Assembly: GCA_021821305.1 (NCBI GenBank)
Contig: JAKACP010000001.1
Location: 748,421 to 812,420 of the forward strand
Direction: 5' to 3'
Source of the DNA: a bacterium
GTDB taxonomy: Bacteria; Patescibacteriota; Minisyncoccia; Moranbacterales; UBA1568
DNA: 64,000 bases
Below, piece by piece: positions 37,809 through 47,488 of the stretch; the stretch's first letter is position 1; each line of letters begins with the position of its first letter. Below the pieces are notes generated by a model that did no database searches, was not told where the DNA came from, and saw only the letters and a list, made by a program, of their open reading frames with translations. The position numbers and the translations under genes are program-made.

Positions 37809-39320
37809 ATGCAACCCATATTCACGCTCGATGAGGTATTCTCCTCCGCGCGTCGCGAGTATTCCTCCGACGATCGGAAGTTCATCGCGGCTGCGTTCCG
37901 CTTCGCCGACGAGGCCCATCACGGGCAATCGCGCAAATCCGGCGAGCCCTATGTCACCCACAGCCTCGCGGTAGCCAAGATCCTCGCGGATATCGGTATG
38001 GACAAGGTGACGATCGCTGCGGGACTCCTCCATGACGTCCCGGAAGATACCGAACGGACGCTCACCGAGATAGAGAAAAGATTCGGATCGGAAGTGGCGC
38101 ACCTCGTCGACGGCATCACCAAACTCGGCAAGATCAAGCTCCGCGGATCGCGCGAGGAGTATTTCCTCGAGAACCTGCGCAAGATGTTCCTCGCCATGGC
38201 GACCGACATCCGCGTCGTGATCATCAAGCTCGCGGACCGGCTCCACAACATGCGCACGCTCGGTGCCGTACGACCGGACAAACAGGAGCGTATCGCCCGG
38301 GAGACGATGGAAATCTACGCGCCGCTCGCGAACCGGCTCGGTATCGGCGAGATCAAGGGAGAGCTCGAGGACCTTTCGTTCCGCTATCTCGAACCGGAAC
38401 ACTACGAGGAGGCGAAAAAGATCGAGGACGCGCACGTTCGGGAAGGGAAATCCTACCTCGACCGGGTCATGGAACAGTTCAAAGTCGAGCTCGCGGAAGA
38501 CAACATCAAGATCGTCACCATCAACGGACGGGCGAAACACCTGTACCGTCTCTACCAGAAACTGAAGAAGCACGACATGGACCCGGGCCGCATCCACGAC
38601 CTCATCGCGGTGCGCATCATCGTTCCGGAAATCATCGATTGCTACGAGACGCTCGGCGCCATACACAAGCGATATCGTCCGCTCGTCGGCCGCATCAAGG
38701 ACTACATCTCGCTCCCGAAGCCCAACGGCTACCAGTCGCTCCATACCACCATCTTCGGTCCCGAGGGCCGCATCCTCGAGGTGCAGATCCGGACGCCGAA
38801 AATGCACGACGAGGCGGAGTTCGGTATCGCGGCGCACTGGATCTATACCGAGAAGGAACGCGGCGGATGGCGATCGCTCATCTTCGGAAAGAAAGCCTCG
38901 GCCGAGGCGAAGCCCAAGGATGTGGCCTGGGTCAAACAGCTCCAGGAATGGCAGAAGGAGATCGGCAAGGACAACGAGGAGTTCTGGCAGGGGCTCAGGA
39001 TAGAATTCTTCAAGAACCATATCTTCGCCTTCACGCCGAAAGGCGACATCATCCAGCTCCCCGAGGAGGCTACGCCGGTCGATTTCGCCTACGCGATCCA
39101 TTCGGAAATCGGAGATCATATCGTCGGCGCCAAGGCCGATCGGAAGATCGTCCCTCTCGACTATCAGATACGGAACGGACAGGTCATCGAGATCCTCGTC
39201 TCCAAGGAACGGAAGAAACCGAACCAGGACTGGCTCCGGTTCGTGAAGACTTCGAGCGCCAAGTCCCGCATCCGGCACTCCGGTCGCGAGGAGGACGCGC
39301 AGGCCGCCAAAGGACACTGA
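37809..39320 (+). CDS. rel: RelA/SpoT-family (p)ppGpp synthetase/hydrolase, short form (HD + synthetase + TGS; no ACT/ZFD C-terminus)
   Basis: HD motif (HDVPEDT), synthetase motifs (RIKD..SLH...RTPKMHDEAE), TGS (FTPKGDIIQLPEEATPVDFAYAIHS). Start at MQPIFTLDEV (37809). 503 aa. Confidence 0.85.
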   Translation: MQPIFTLDEVFSSARREYSSDDRKFIAAAFRFADEAHHGQSRKSGEPYVTHSLAVAKILADIGMDKVTIAAGLLHDVPEDTERTLTEIEKRFGSEVAHLVDGITKLGKIKLRGSREEYFLENLRKMFLAMATDIRVVIIKLADRLHNMRTLGAVRPDKQERIARETMEIYAPLANRLGIGEIKGELEDLSFRYLEPEHYEEAKKIEDAHVREGKSYLDRVMEQFKVELAEDNIKIVTINGRAKHLYRLYQKLKKHDMDPGRIHDLIAVRIIVPEIIDCYETLGAIHKRYRPLVGRIKDYISLPKPNGYQSLHTTIFGPEGRILEVQIRTPKMHDEAEFGIAAHWIYTEKERGGWRSLIFGKKASAEAKPKDVAWVKQLQEWQKEIGKDNEEFWQGLRIEFFKNHIFAFTPKGDIIQLPEEATPVDFAYAIHSEIGDHIVGAKADRKIVPLDYQIRNGQVIEILVSKERKKPNQDWLRFVKTSSAKSRIRHSGREEDAQAAKGH

Positions 39321-39338
39321 TATTCATTTCCGGGCCGT

Positions 39339-39794
39339 CTATTTTTCTTTCCCGGGCAACCGGACCTCGTCACCGACCTCGATGCCGTCGAGGTCGCCCG
39401 CGGCGGTTTCCAGGACGTCGGTCGCTTCCGCGGACGGATGGAGCACGCCCTGAAAATCGGGAGCCACGCGCCGTTCGATATGGACGATGCGCCCGTCCCG
39501 GATCCACGCGATATCGATGGCGAATCGCATGTCCGGCATCCAGAATCCGTACGCGCCAGGAGTATCGAACCGGAAGAGCATCGCACATCCCCCGCAGAGA
39601 CCGTCCCGACCGGAAAGCCCGCGGGTCCGTGCGGCCGCGGTATCGGCTATCTCGACCGAAAACGACCGCTCACCGACGGATACGGTCGGCCCCTGTCCGG
39701 TATCCGTATCTTTTCGTTCCATGAAAAAGAGCGCGACCGCGATGAGGATCGGGATCCAGATGAACGTGAGCATTTTTGCCAGGGTGTGATTCAT
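39339..39794 (-). CDS. DUF192-family secreted protein (COG1430)
   Basis: N-terminal TM/signal. MLFRFD...GFWMPDMRFAIDIAW signature of DUF192. Start overlaps the GT4 stop (ATGA). Confidence 0.7.
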   Translation of the reverse strand: MNHTLAKMLTFIWIPILIAVALFFMERKDTDTGQGPTVSVGERSFSVEIADTAAARTRGLSGRDGLCGGCAMLFRFDTPGAYGFWMPDMRFAIDIAWIRDGRIVHIERRVAPDFQGVLHPSAEATDVLETAAGDLDGIEVGDEVRLPGKEK

Positions 39795-40810
39795 GAGCGT
39801 TGCCCGATGATCTTTTCCATCCTCGACACGAGGAAGATGAACGCCGCGGCAAGCGCGGCGAGGAACAGGAATTTCCCGGCCGCCTGAAACGACAGCGCGG
39901 CGAGGGCGGCGAGGGCGGAGACACCGGTATAGAGAACCGCTACCCGGCGATCGGACCAGCCCAAGAGCCGCAACCGGTCATGGAGATGCCGTCCGTCCCC
40001 GCCGCGGAAGGGCGACGCTCCGGCGCGGACGCGCGCGCGTATGACATAGGCCGCATCGAGCACCGGTACCGCGAGGACGAGGAGGGTCGTGGCTATCTTG
40101 GCCCCGGCGAAGAGCGACAGCGCCGCGACCGAAAACCCGATGAAATACGAACCGGCGGTTCCGGCCATGAGCGACGCCTTGGGAAAATTGAAAAGGAGGA
40201 AGGAGAACGACAGCCCCGCGAGGATCGCGGCGAGGATCGCCACGGCCGGCTGATTCACTTCCGGCCGGAGACTCACGAGGAAGATCGCCGAAAACGCCAC
40301 CGTCGCCACGCCTCCGAGGAGGCCGTCGACGCCGTCCGCCCAATTGACCGCGTTCATGACGAGCACCGTGAACGCGAGACCGACGAGGAAGCTCGGCAAG
40401 AACCACGAATCCGGATGGAGAAACAGCGGTTCCCCGAAGGGATTGGTCAGGACCCATGCACGCATGCCGGAAAGGAAGATGATCGAGGCGAGCGCGAGCT
40501 GGAACAGGAGCTGTGCGGGCCAACCGATCGGAACGATATCGTCCCACGCACCGACGAGGAGGACGAACGCCGCACCGACGAGGAGTCCGATGAGTTGCGG
40601 CGTCGGCTCGAGGTCGGGGTTCGCGGCGACTCCCGCGAGGAACGCGAGAACGAGCGCGACACCGCCGAAACGCGACACCGCCTTGTGCGTCCGCCCGGGT
40701 TCATCGCGGACCATCGGGGCGAATCGACGGGACAGGAACAGGACGAATGAAAGGAGCGCGGCGGAGAGAATGAATGAGAGAAGGAATGGAAAAAGGAATT
40801 TTTCAGGCAT
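39791..40810 (-). CDS. glycosyltransferase family 4 polyprenyl-phosphate sugar-1-phosphate transferase (MraY/WecA-like)
   Basis: AWDD, NAVNWADGVDGL motifs and ~10 TM helices. Start at MPEKFLFPFLL (40810), which lies at the edge of repeat copy B. Confidence 0.8.
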   Translation of the reverse strand: MPEKFLFPFLLSFILSAALLSFVLFLSRRFAPMVRDEPGRTHKAVSRFGGVALVLAFLAGVAANPDLEPTPQLIGLLVGAAFVLLVGAWDDIVPIGWPAQLLFQLALASIIFLSGMRAWVLTNPFGEPLFLHPDSWFLPSFLVGLAFTVLVMNAVNWADGVDGLLGGVATVAFSAIFLVSLRPEVNQPAVAILAAILAGLSFSFLLFNFPKASLMAGTAGSYFIGFSVAALSLFAGAKIATTLLVLAVPVLDAAYVIRARVRAGASPFRGGDGRHLHDRLRLLGWSDRRVAVLYTGVSALAALAALSFQAAGKFLFLAALAAAFIFLVSRMEKIIGQRS

Positions 40811-40943
40811 AAAACACAAAGCATAAAAACACAAAAATCAAAACAAAGCCCAAACCCCTAAAAACACAAAATACAAATCGGATCTCGTTTGATTCCCGTG
40901 TTTCGTGTTTTGTTTGGATTTTTGTACACTGGGTTTTGTGCTT
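40811..40943. repeat. intergenic imperfect-palindromic repeat, copy B
   Basis: AAAACACAAA arms plus core TTTTGTTTGGATTTTTGTACACTGGGTTTTGTGCTTTT homologous to copies A and C. Between the GT2 stop and the GT4 start. Confidence 0.7.
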
Positions 40944-42662
40944 TTACTTCTTCCGTATCTTCTCCGTCACCCAGAATTCGCCGAAATATTTCTTAAGTAG
41001 GATGCGCGTCTGGGAATCGATGGCCGGGATCGCGCCGAGGAGCGCGATGACCGGGGCGAGGAACCACTGCGCGAACATGAGTACGTTGCGCATCGGTCCG
41101 TATTTCTTGGGACGCGGCGGCAGCATGAGGAACGAGAGGAACATGAATATGACGAGGCCGCCCATGGCGAGCGTCATGAGGATGCGGGTGACGAAGGGCA
41201 GATTGTGCGCGAGCACGCTCTCATTGAATGCGGGACCGCCGAGAAAAAGCGGAAGCCATCCGAGGAACGCGAGGATGAGCGGGGCCGTCGCCCAGGAAAA
41301 GTGCCCCTCGATCATCTCGATGGTGACGCGGATCTTCTTCCACAGCGGCATCAGCCGGTCCGGCCAGATCGCGCGCATGGTCACGGGAAAGTTCTCGATG
41401 CCGTACGCCCAGCGACGCTTCTGTTTGTACTCGTTCTTGAGGGTCTTCCAGTACGTGTCGGCAAGGACGGCATCGAGCGAGATCGGAAGCAGTATCGGGG
41501 TCACCTTGTAATCGCCGTGGAAATATGACAGCGCCTTCCAGTAGATGACCGAGTCCTCGCTGATCATGTTGACCGGCCAGAAATTGACGCGCACGAGCGT
41601 ATCGAACGGTTCGGAGTGCGACGAGAAGGTCACCATGTCCTTGCGCGTGCTCTGGTACATGTGCCAGAACGACGACCCCGTGACCATGACGCGCACGAAC
41701 GCGTTCGTATCCCAGAGGTTGTTGTGATACATGGGCAACGGTTGGTAGGCGCGCTGCAGCCGATTCGGATCGGTGATGTAGGCGTAGGTGAGCGCCGAGA
41801 AATACTCCGGGTGGACGACCGAGTCGCAGTCGAAGTTCGAGAAGATGACCCGCTTATAGTCGATATTCCGCTCATCGAGGTAGGTCATGAGCTTGCGCGC
41901 CGCGTATCCGGCATTCGACGCCTTGCAGCGCATCTCGCCTGAAGCCACCTCGTGCGTCGTCACGATGAAATCGCGGAACACGCCGCGGAATTTCTCCTCG
42001 AGGTATTTCACCTTGGGGAGCCGCGTCTCCTCCGGCTCGCGTTCCTCGGTCGCGAGCAGGATGATGACCTGCGACTTCGGGAAGCTGGATTCGGCGATGG
42101 ACCGTATCGACGGCTCGATGATTTCCGGTCCCTCGTTCGCGGTCGGAAGCAGCACCACGTGGACGATATCGCGATAGTCGAGAATCTGCTCCCGTATCGG
42201 TTCGAGTTCGCGGAGCTCCGCGGCATACCGCACGAGTTCCCGGCGCTCCTTGCGGATGATGCGGCGTTCGCGAAAGGAGAGTTTCTCCTCGCGGAGCATC
42301 GCGCGGAGATGTTCGGATCGTTCGAGGAGCTCCGCACGATACTTTCCGGGGTCGCGGACCTGGACCACGCGCTCCCACCAGTTTATCCGTACGCCCCTGC
42401 GGAGCCCGCGATAAGCCATGATGGAGAAGAAGGCCACGTACACGGTGAGGTAGATCCAGTAGATGTCGAACACGATGACGAATACGGCCGCGCCGACCGG
42501 AGCGAGCCACGATCCGACGAACATACCGAGTATGGTCGCCCAGGTGAGCGTACCGGGAATGAGCTCGAGCGCGCGCTGGGCGAAACGGCCACGAGGCTCG
42601 ACGGTTTTCGGATCCGGAAACGTGAACGAGGTTTTCTGCGCGGCCATACCGGTGCGGTCCAT
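40944..42662 (-). CDS. processive family-2 glycosyltransferase (cellulose/chitin-synthase-like, membrane-embedded; QxxRW motif)
   Basis: D, DxD-like (FDCDS) and QKRRWAYG motifs between N- and C-terminal TM bundles. 572 aa. Confidence 0.75.
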   Translation of the reverse strand: MDRTGMAAQKTSFTFPDPKTVEPRGRFAQRALELIPGTLTWATILGMFVGSWLAPVGAAVFVIVFDIYWIYLTVYVAFFSIMAYRGLRRGVRINWWERVVQVRDPGKYRAELLERSEHLRAMLREEKLSFRERRIIRKERRELVRYAAELRELEPIREQILDYRDIVHVVLLPTANEGPEIIEPSIRSIAESSFPKSQVIILLATEEREPEETRLPKVKYLEEKFRGVFRDFIVTTHEVASGEMRCKASNAGYAARKLMTYLDERNIDYKRVIFSNFDCDSVVHPEYFSALTYAYITDPNRLQRAYQPLPMYHNNLWDTNAFVRVMVTGSSFWHMYQSTRKDMVTFSSHSEPFDTLVRVNFWPVNMISEDSVIYWKALSYFHGDYKVTPILLPISLDAVLADTYWKTLKNEYKQKRRWAYGIENFPVTMRAIWPDRLMPLWKKIRVTIEMIEGHFSWATAPLILAFLGWLPLFLGGPAFNESVLAHNLPFVTRILMTLAMGGLVIFMFLSFLMLPPRPKKYGPMRNVLMFAQWFLAPVIALLGAIPAIDSQTRILLKKYFGEFWVTEKIRKK

Positions 42663-42665
42663 AGG

Positions 42666-43097
42666 TCAGGAGTTGATGGATGAGAGCGCGGCGACCGCGA
42701 CGGCGCCCGACAGCGCGGCGAAAAACGACGAGAAGAGGACGATATGGGCGGCGATACGTTCCCGCATCGAATAAAGCTTCCGGGCGAGGATGAAATCGAT
42801 GAGGAAGAAGGAGAGCGCCGACGCCGGAATCAGGAGCACCTGCCACGGATCACCGACGATATCCACGCCGAAGTAGGAGTTGTAGTGAAGCACGATCACC
42901 CCCTCCTCGCCCCGGACGACGAAAACGTACGCGGCGATCGCGGAGAGGGCGATGAGGAGAAGCGACAGTGAGGAGGAAAAACGGACCAGCGGATTCTCCG
43001 AGAACGAAAAGCCCTCGTCCTCCTGGAGAAAGCTCCGGCCGAAATCGTGCGTCGGCAACGATCCTATCTTTTCCCGAAATCCGAATGTCCATGCCAT
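42666..43097 (-). CDS. small membrane protein (143 aa) upstream of and coupled to the GT2 gene
   Basis: 3 predicted TM helices. Stop is 3 nt before the GT2 ATG. Confidence 0.45.
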   Translation of the reverse strand: MAWTFGFREKIGSLPTHDFGRSFLQEDEGFSFSENPLVRFSSSLSLLLIALSAIAAYVFVVRGEEGVIVLHYNSYFGVDIVGDPWQVLLIPASALSFFLIDFILARKLYSMRERIAAHIVLFSSFFAALSGAVAVAALSSINS

Positions 43098-43107
43098 AGG
43101 GTTGGAT

Positions 43108-44199
43108 TTATACCTCGTCCTCGATCACCGGGAGTACGGCGGCCACATGCGCCTCCTCGATGTCCGAGAACGCCTGCACGCGGTCGAGCTGATCATCGAC
43201 CTTGCCGAGGCGCTTCTCCGCATCCTCGTATTTCTTCTGCGCGTTGCCGATATGGCTCCCGAGCACCTCGAATTCCCGGAGGAACTTCCCATGCTCGATC
43301 GAGAGCCGCTCGAGATGTCCGAGTATCTCCTTGGCGCGCTTCTCGATCTGCATTCCCTGCAGCCCGATCATGATCGTCTGGAGGTACGAATAGAGCGAGT
43401 TGGGCGATACCGGTATGACCTTTTTCCGGAAGAGGTACTCGGCGATACCCGTCTCCTCGCCGTCCTTGATGATGATCTCGTAGTAGACGTTCTCCGCCGG
43501 GATATACATGAGCGCGAAGCCGAGCGTCCCCTCCTCGGGGAGGATATATTTCGTCGCGATCGCGTCGACGTGCTTTTTGACATCGGAGATGAACTGTCGC
43601 CGCGCGACCTTGCGGTCCTCGTCGCTGTTCGACTCCACGATGCGCTTGAAATTCTCGAGCGGGAACTTGGAGTCGATACTGATATCGCCGCCCTTGAGCT
43701 GGATCAGGGCGTCCACGATTTCCCCGCTTCGGAACGAATGCTGGAGGGTGAAGTGGTCCTTCGGAAGCATCTGCCCGAGAATGTCCTGAAGCATGAGTTC
43801 GCCGAATCCGCCGCGGAGCTTCGGCGCCTTGAGGATCTCCTGGAGCGAGGCCACTTCCTTGCCGACCTCGAATATCTTCTGGTTGGATTCCTTGACTTCC
43901 GCGAGTGCGGCACGCACCTCCGCGAACGATCGCGAGGCGCCCTCGAGCCGGTCGTCGAGACGCTTGGTGTTGTCCCCGAGCCGCCGGTCGAGGGCGGCAT
44001 TGAGACCGCCGATCTGTCCGACGAGCGAGGAAGAGAACTGGTGCATCTCCTGGCTCATGCGCCGGTCGAGGTTCTCCATCCGGTCGAGCAGGAACTTCCG
44101 TTCATGCTCGGACTGCCGCCGGAGGTCACGCAGGAAAAAAAACCCGGCACCGACGAAGACGGCGAGGGCGACGGATGTCAGAAGTACGGTCAGGGACAT
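43108..44199 (-). CDS. rmuC: DNA recombination protein RmuC
   Basis: N-terminal TM, long coiled coil, conserved RmuC C-terminal domain ([14 protein letters not shown]...[13 protein letters not shown]). Confidence 0.85.
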   Translation of the reverse strand: MSLTVLLTSVALAVFVGAGFFFLRDLRRQSEHERKFLLDRMENLDRRMSQEMHQFSSSLVGQIGGLNAALDRRLGDNTKRLDDRLEGASRSFAEVRAALAEVKESNQKIFEVGKEVASLQEILKAPKLRGGFGELMLQDILGQMLPKDHFTLQHSFRSGEIVDALIQLKGGDISIDSKFPLENFKRIVESNSDEDRKVARRQFISDVKKHVDAIATKYILPEEGTLGFALMYIPAENVYYEIIIKDGEETGIAEYLFRKKVIPVSPNSLYSYLQTIMIGLQGMQIEKRAKEILGHLERLSIEHGKFLREFEVLGSHIGNAQKKYEDAEKRLGKVDDQLDRVQAFSDIEEAHVAAVLPVIEDEV

Positions 44200-44299
44200 A
44201 GGAGACGAAGGATAAAGGACGCAAGATACAAGATAAATGATGGATCAAGAAAAATCAGTCTTTTCTTTTGTCACGCATCATGCATCCCGCATCACGACA

Positions 44300-44905
44300 T
44301 CATTTCTTGAGTCCCGAGATGAATCGCTTGAGCTCGGGAATACGGTTGGTGACTTCCTGGTAGGGGCCTTCCAGGAACTCGATAAGGAACCGGTCGAGCA
44401 TATTGAGTCGGTAATGGAGATCCTCCGCGTCCATGAGCACGAAACGGACGTCCCGGCCGATCTCCGCCTCGAGCTTGGCTATCACTCCTTGGAGCTTGGA
44501 CCGATGGGCGTTGTTTATGACGAGTATCATGTCCGCCTTGCTCTTCGGATGGTTCAGGAACAGGCCGCTCACGAGAATCAGCTTGACCTCGCCGACCATG
44601 CGGAGCTTCTGGAACATCTGGCTGGGCACGTTCACGTTCGACTTGGACACGAGGCTCTTCAATTCGGGAAAGAACGGGAACGTCGGATGCATCTGGTATC
44701 GTTTCACGCGCTTCCGCGAGGATTCCTTCACGAAGCCCATTTTTTTCAGGCGCATGAGCTCGCGCGACACCTCGGGTCGTGGGAGGAGCGTCTTTTCGGC
44801 GACATCGGCGGAGGAATACTCGACCTCCGGATTGAGGATGAAGAAGCGGATGAGCCGGGCGCGGGACTTTGATCCGAACAGCGACTCGAAGATGGCGAAT
44901 GACAT
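44300..44905 (-). CDS. winged-helix (ArsR/MarR-like) DNA-binding protein with uncharacterised C-terminal domain
   Basis: KSRARLIRFFILNPEVEYSSADVAEKTLLPRPEVSRELMRLKKMGFV wHTH. Start at MSFAIFESLF (44905). Divergent from the 45033 gene. Confidence 0.55.
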   Translation of the reverse strand: MSFAIFESLFGSKSRARLIRFFILNPEVEYSSADVAEKTLLPRPEVSRELMRLKKMGFVKESSRKRVKRYQMHPTFPFFPELKSLVSKSNVNVPSQMFQKLRMVGEVKLILVSGLFLNHPKSKADMILVINNAHRSKLQGVIAKLEAEIGRDVRFVLMDAEDLHYRLNMLDRFLIEFLEGPYQEVTNRIPELKRFISGLKK

Positions 44906-45011
44906 ATGCGGAAGACCTATAAGAAAATCCACCTCCTCCCCCACTCTACTCAACACGCGGAGAAAAGTCAAAGCGGAGCCAAAAAACGCCGTGATTCCCC
45001 TGTGGAAAATG

Positions 45012-45020
45012 TGGTATAAT
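45012..45020 (+). promoter_or_regulatory. extended -10 promoter element TGGTATAAT
   Basis: tggtataat at 45012-45020, 12 nt upstream of the ATG at 45033. Confidence 0.5.
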
Positions 45021-45032
45021 GGAAAAAACGGT

Positions 45033-47408
45033 ATGCCCCAACGGAAAAACGGGAAAGTCGAGCCGCAGAAGATGATAGAGGTGCGCGCCGCGGACATTTT
45101 TGTCGCGAGAAACCGGTCCGCCGAACCCTATATCAAATCGTTCATAGCGGCGCCGGAAAACCTCGCCCAGGAAGGTCTCGGTACGATCGTGGGCGTCTTT
45201 TCCGTGTCCGATCGGTCGGAATCGTCCGCCTATGTGGTGAACGCCCTCGCCTCGGTAGCGAAGAAGGAATATTTCGCGAATCCGCGCCGCGGGTCGCTCG
45301 AGAGCTTCGAGGCGACGCTCCACAAGATGAACGTGACGCTCGCCGAACTCGTGAAGAACGGCCAGACGGAATGGATCGGAAATCTCCACGGGGCGATCGC
45401 GGTCGTCGAGAAGCACACCCTCCACTTCTCGGTCACCGGAGAAGGCGCCATACTCCTCTTCCGCGGCGGCACGCTCTCCGATATCGGCGAAGGACTCGCT
45501 TCCGAAGAGGCCAAGCTTCACCCCCTCAAGACGTTCGTCGAGATCTCGAGCGGCCGGCTCGCCGCGGAAGACTACATACTCCTCTCCTCGCCGGAACTGT
45601 TCGCGCTCTTCGAACCAGGCGAGCTCGAACGGAGCGCCCGGCGTATCGGGATAGGAAGGAAGTTCTCGCAGTTTCTCGAGACCGCCATGGTAAACGAGCT
45701 CAAGACCGGGGCCGTCGTGATACTCGATGTCTTCGAGAAACTCGTCGAATCGGTCCCGGAGCGGAAATCGGCGCGACGACACCAAGCGAAACCCCGCGTC
45801 GTGAACGCATGGAGCGCGCAGGCATTCGAGGAAAAAAGGAACGAGAATTCCTCCTATTTCCGCGAAGAAATCCCGGAAGAGGCGATGTCGGTCGAACCCC
45901 CCGCCCCGACGGAAGATACCCGCTTCGGCGAAATCTACGTCCGAGGGGAAGCATCCGGCAAACACGACGAGCATCCGACCATCACCAAATGCCGCTGGAT
46001 CCTCGAGGATCTGCTGTCCCGATACGAGGCCGCGAAAGTCAGGGCGAAGGAACGCCTGAGACGACAGGCCGAATCGATATCCGCCTCCGTTTCCGAAAAC
46101 GTCTCTTCTTCGCTTTCGAAAATGAAGGCGGCGGCGCCATCCCTTCGGAAACCCGCGGACTCAGCTCCCGCCCAGGAAGCGGAACGGGAAACGCCTCCCG
46201 AAGAGGAGCCGTCACCCGAGCGGGCCGCGCCCGCGGCAAGCCGACTCCGTCTCCCCGAGCTTCCCCGCATCACCCTACCGAAGATTTCCGTCCCCGCCCT
46301 TCCGAAAGTCGATACCTCGCGATACGCGGAAATCTCGAGACGGCATGCCGGCCGCATCGGCGGAAACATCGCCCGGTTCGCCAGGATCGCCTCTGCCGAT
46401 TTCATCCTCCCGGGACTGCGCGGGCTGGGCTCCTCGATCCGCGCCGCGGCCGCTTTCCTGAAGCGGCGGTTCCTCGCGCTCTCCCCGAAACGACAGCTGC
46501 TCGTCGCGAGCGGCGCGACCTTCGCGCTCACGATCGGCATCATCGTCATGTGGAATTGGGGTGCCGAAGAGAACGCGGAATCTGTCCCGGTCGTGGTCAC
46601 CGAAGCTCCGGCGCCGGCATTCCCCCCGGAAAACGAAAAAAGCGCCGTACTCGCTTCGCCCGAGGCGGTCACCGGAACACCCGAAAACATGATCACGCCT
46701 GTCTTCCTCAATGGCCGCCTTTTCCTCGTCGCCGAGCGGACACTCGTCGATGCCCAGGACGGGACGTCCTATCCGTCGCCCTCCGAGAGCAGGGTCCGCT
46801 ACGCGGCTGGCATGGACGATCTCAATCTCATTTTCCTCTCCCTGGAAAACGGCGAGCTCTACTCCTTCGCGCCCGCGAACCGCTCCTTCGTGAAGAACGC
46901 GATTCCGCTTCCCGCGGGATTCAGGACGGCCGGCATCGGATCCTTCCTCACCTACCTCTACTTCCTCGAGGACGAGACGGGCAACGTGTACCGATACCCG
47001 CGCGCCGAGGGCGGTTTCGGCGAAGGCCTGCTCTGGACGCGCGAGGCCATGCCCGGTGACACGACGGCGATAGCCGTCAGCGAGGCGATCTATGGCACCA
47101 CCGGTTCCTCCGTCTCCGCATTCCTCCGGGGACGGCCATCCGCCGGGTTTTCTCCCGAGGCGCCGTCCACGCCTCTTTCCGTCACCGCGCTCTGCGCCAA
47201 CCCCAATGTGCCCGGCATCGTCGCTGTCGTCGACGCTCCCGCGAAACGGATCATCGTCTTCTCGGACTCCGGCTCCATCGTGCGGCAATTCTTCAGCGAA
47301 TCGTTCACGGATGCCGCCGCCTGCTCGCTGCGGGACGACGGCTCCGCGGTCGCCGTATCGACCGGACGGGGGGCGTGGATCCTCCCCCTCGCGGAAAACG
47401 GGCAATAG
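45033..47408 (+). CDS. large hypothetical membrane-spanning protein (cytoplasmic N-domain ~260 aa, P/E/A/R-rich linker, one TM, extracytoplasmic C-domain ~330 aa)
   Basis: In-frame ATG 12 nt after the extended -10. TM LLVASGATFALTIGIIVMWNW. The ORF-track N-terminus (44433-45032) is antisense to the wHTH gene and was rejected. Confidence 0.55.
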   Translation: MPQRKNGKVEPQKMIEVRAADIFVARNRSAEPYIKSFIAAPENLAQEGLGTIVGVFSVSDRSESSAYVVNALASVAKKEYFANPRRGSLESFEATLHKMNVTLAELVKNGQTEWIGNLHGAIAVVEKHTLHFSVTGEGAILLFRGGTLSDIGEGLASEEAKLHPLKTFVEISSGRLAAEDYILLSSPELFALFEPGELERSARRIGIGRKFSQFLETAMVNELKTGAVVILDVFEKLVESVPERKSARRHQAKPRVVNAWSAQAFEEKRNENSSYFREEIPEEAMSVEPPAPTEDTRFGEIYVRGEASGKHDEHPTITKCRWILEDLLSRYEAAKVRAKERLRRQAESISASVSENVSSSLSKMKAAAPSLRKPADSAPAQEAERETPPEEEPSPERAAPAASRLRLPELPRITLPKISVPALPKVDTSRYAEISRRHAGRIGGNIARFARIASADFILPGLRGLGSSIRAAAAFLKRRFLALSPKRQLLVASGATFALTIGIIVMWNWGAEENAESVPVVVTEAPAPAFPPENEKSAVLASPEAVTGTPENMITPVFLNGRLFLVAERTLVDAQDGTSYPSPSESRVRYAAGMDDLNLIFLSLENGELYSFAPANRSFVKNAIPLPAGFRTAGIGSFLTYLYFLEDETGNVYRYPRAEGGFGEGLLWTREAMPGDTTAIAVSEAIYGTTGSSVSAFLRGRPSAGFSPEAPSTPLSVTALCANPNVPGIVAVVDAPAKRIIVFSDSGSIVRQFFSESFTDAAACSLRDDGSAVAVSTGRGAWILPLAENGQ

Positions 47409-47426
47409 AAACTTATTCGAAAGGAA

Positions 47427-47454
47427 AAGCCCGGCGCATGCCGGGTTTTCTTCG
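47427..47454. terminator. bidirectional Rho-independent terminator between convergent 45033 gene and pilB
   Basis: gcccggc-gcat-gccgggt stem flanked by A-run and T-run. Confidence 0.65.
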
Positions 47455-47488
47455 TACTTTCGGAATTATATGGACTCCTCTCCCCTTC

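Noticed and set aside
44433-45032. N-terminal 200 codons of ORF 44433..47408
   Set aside because: The region is antisense to the wHTH gene. The first in-frame ATG with a promoter is at 45033.
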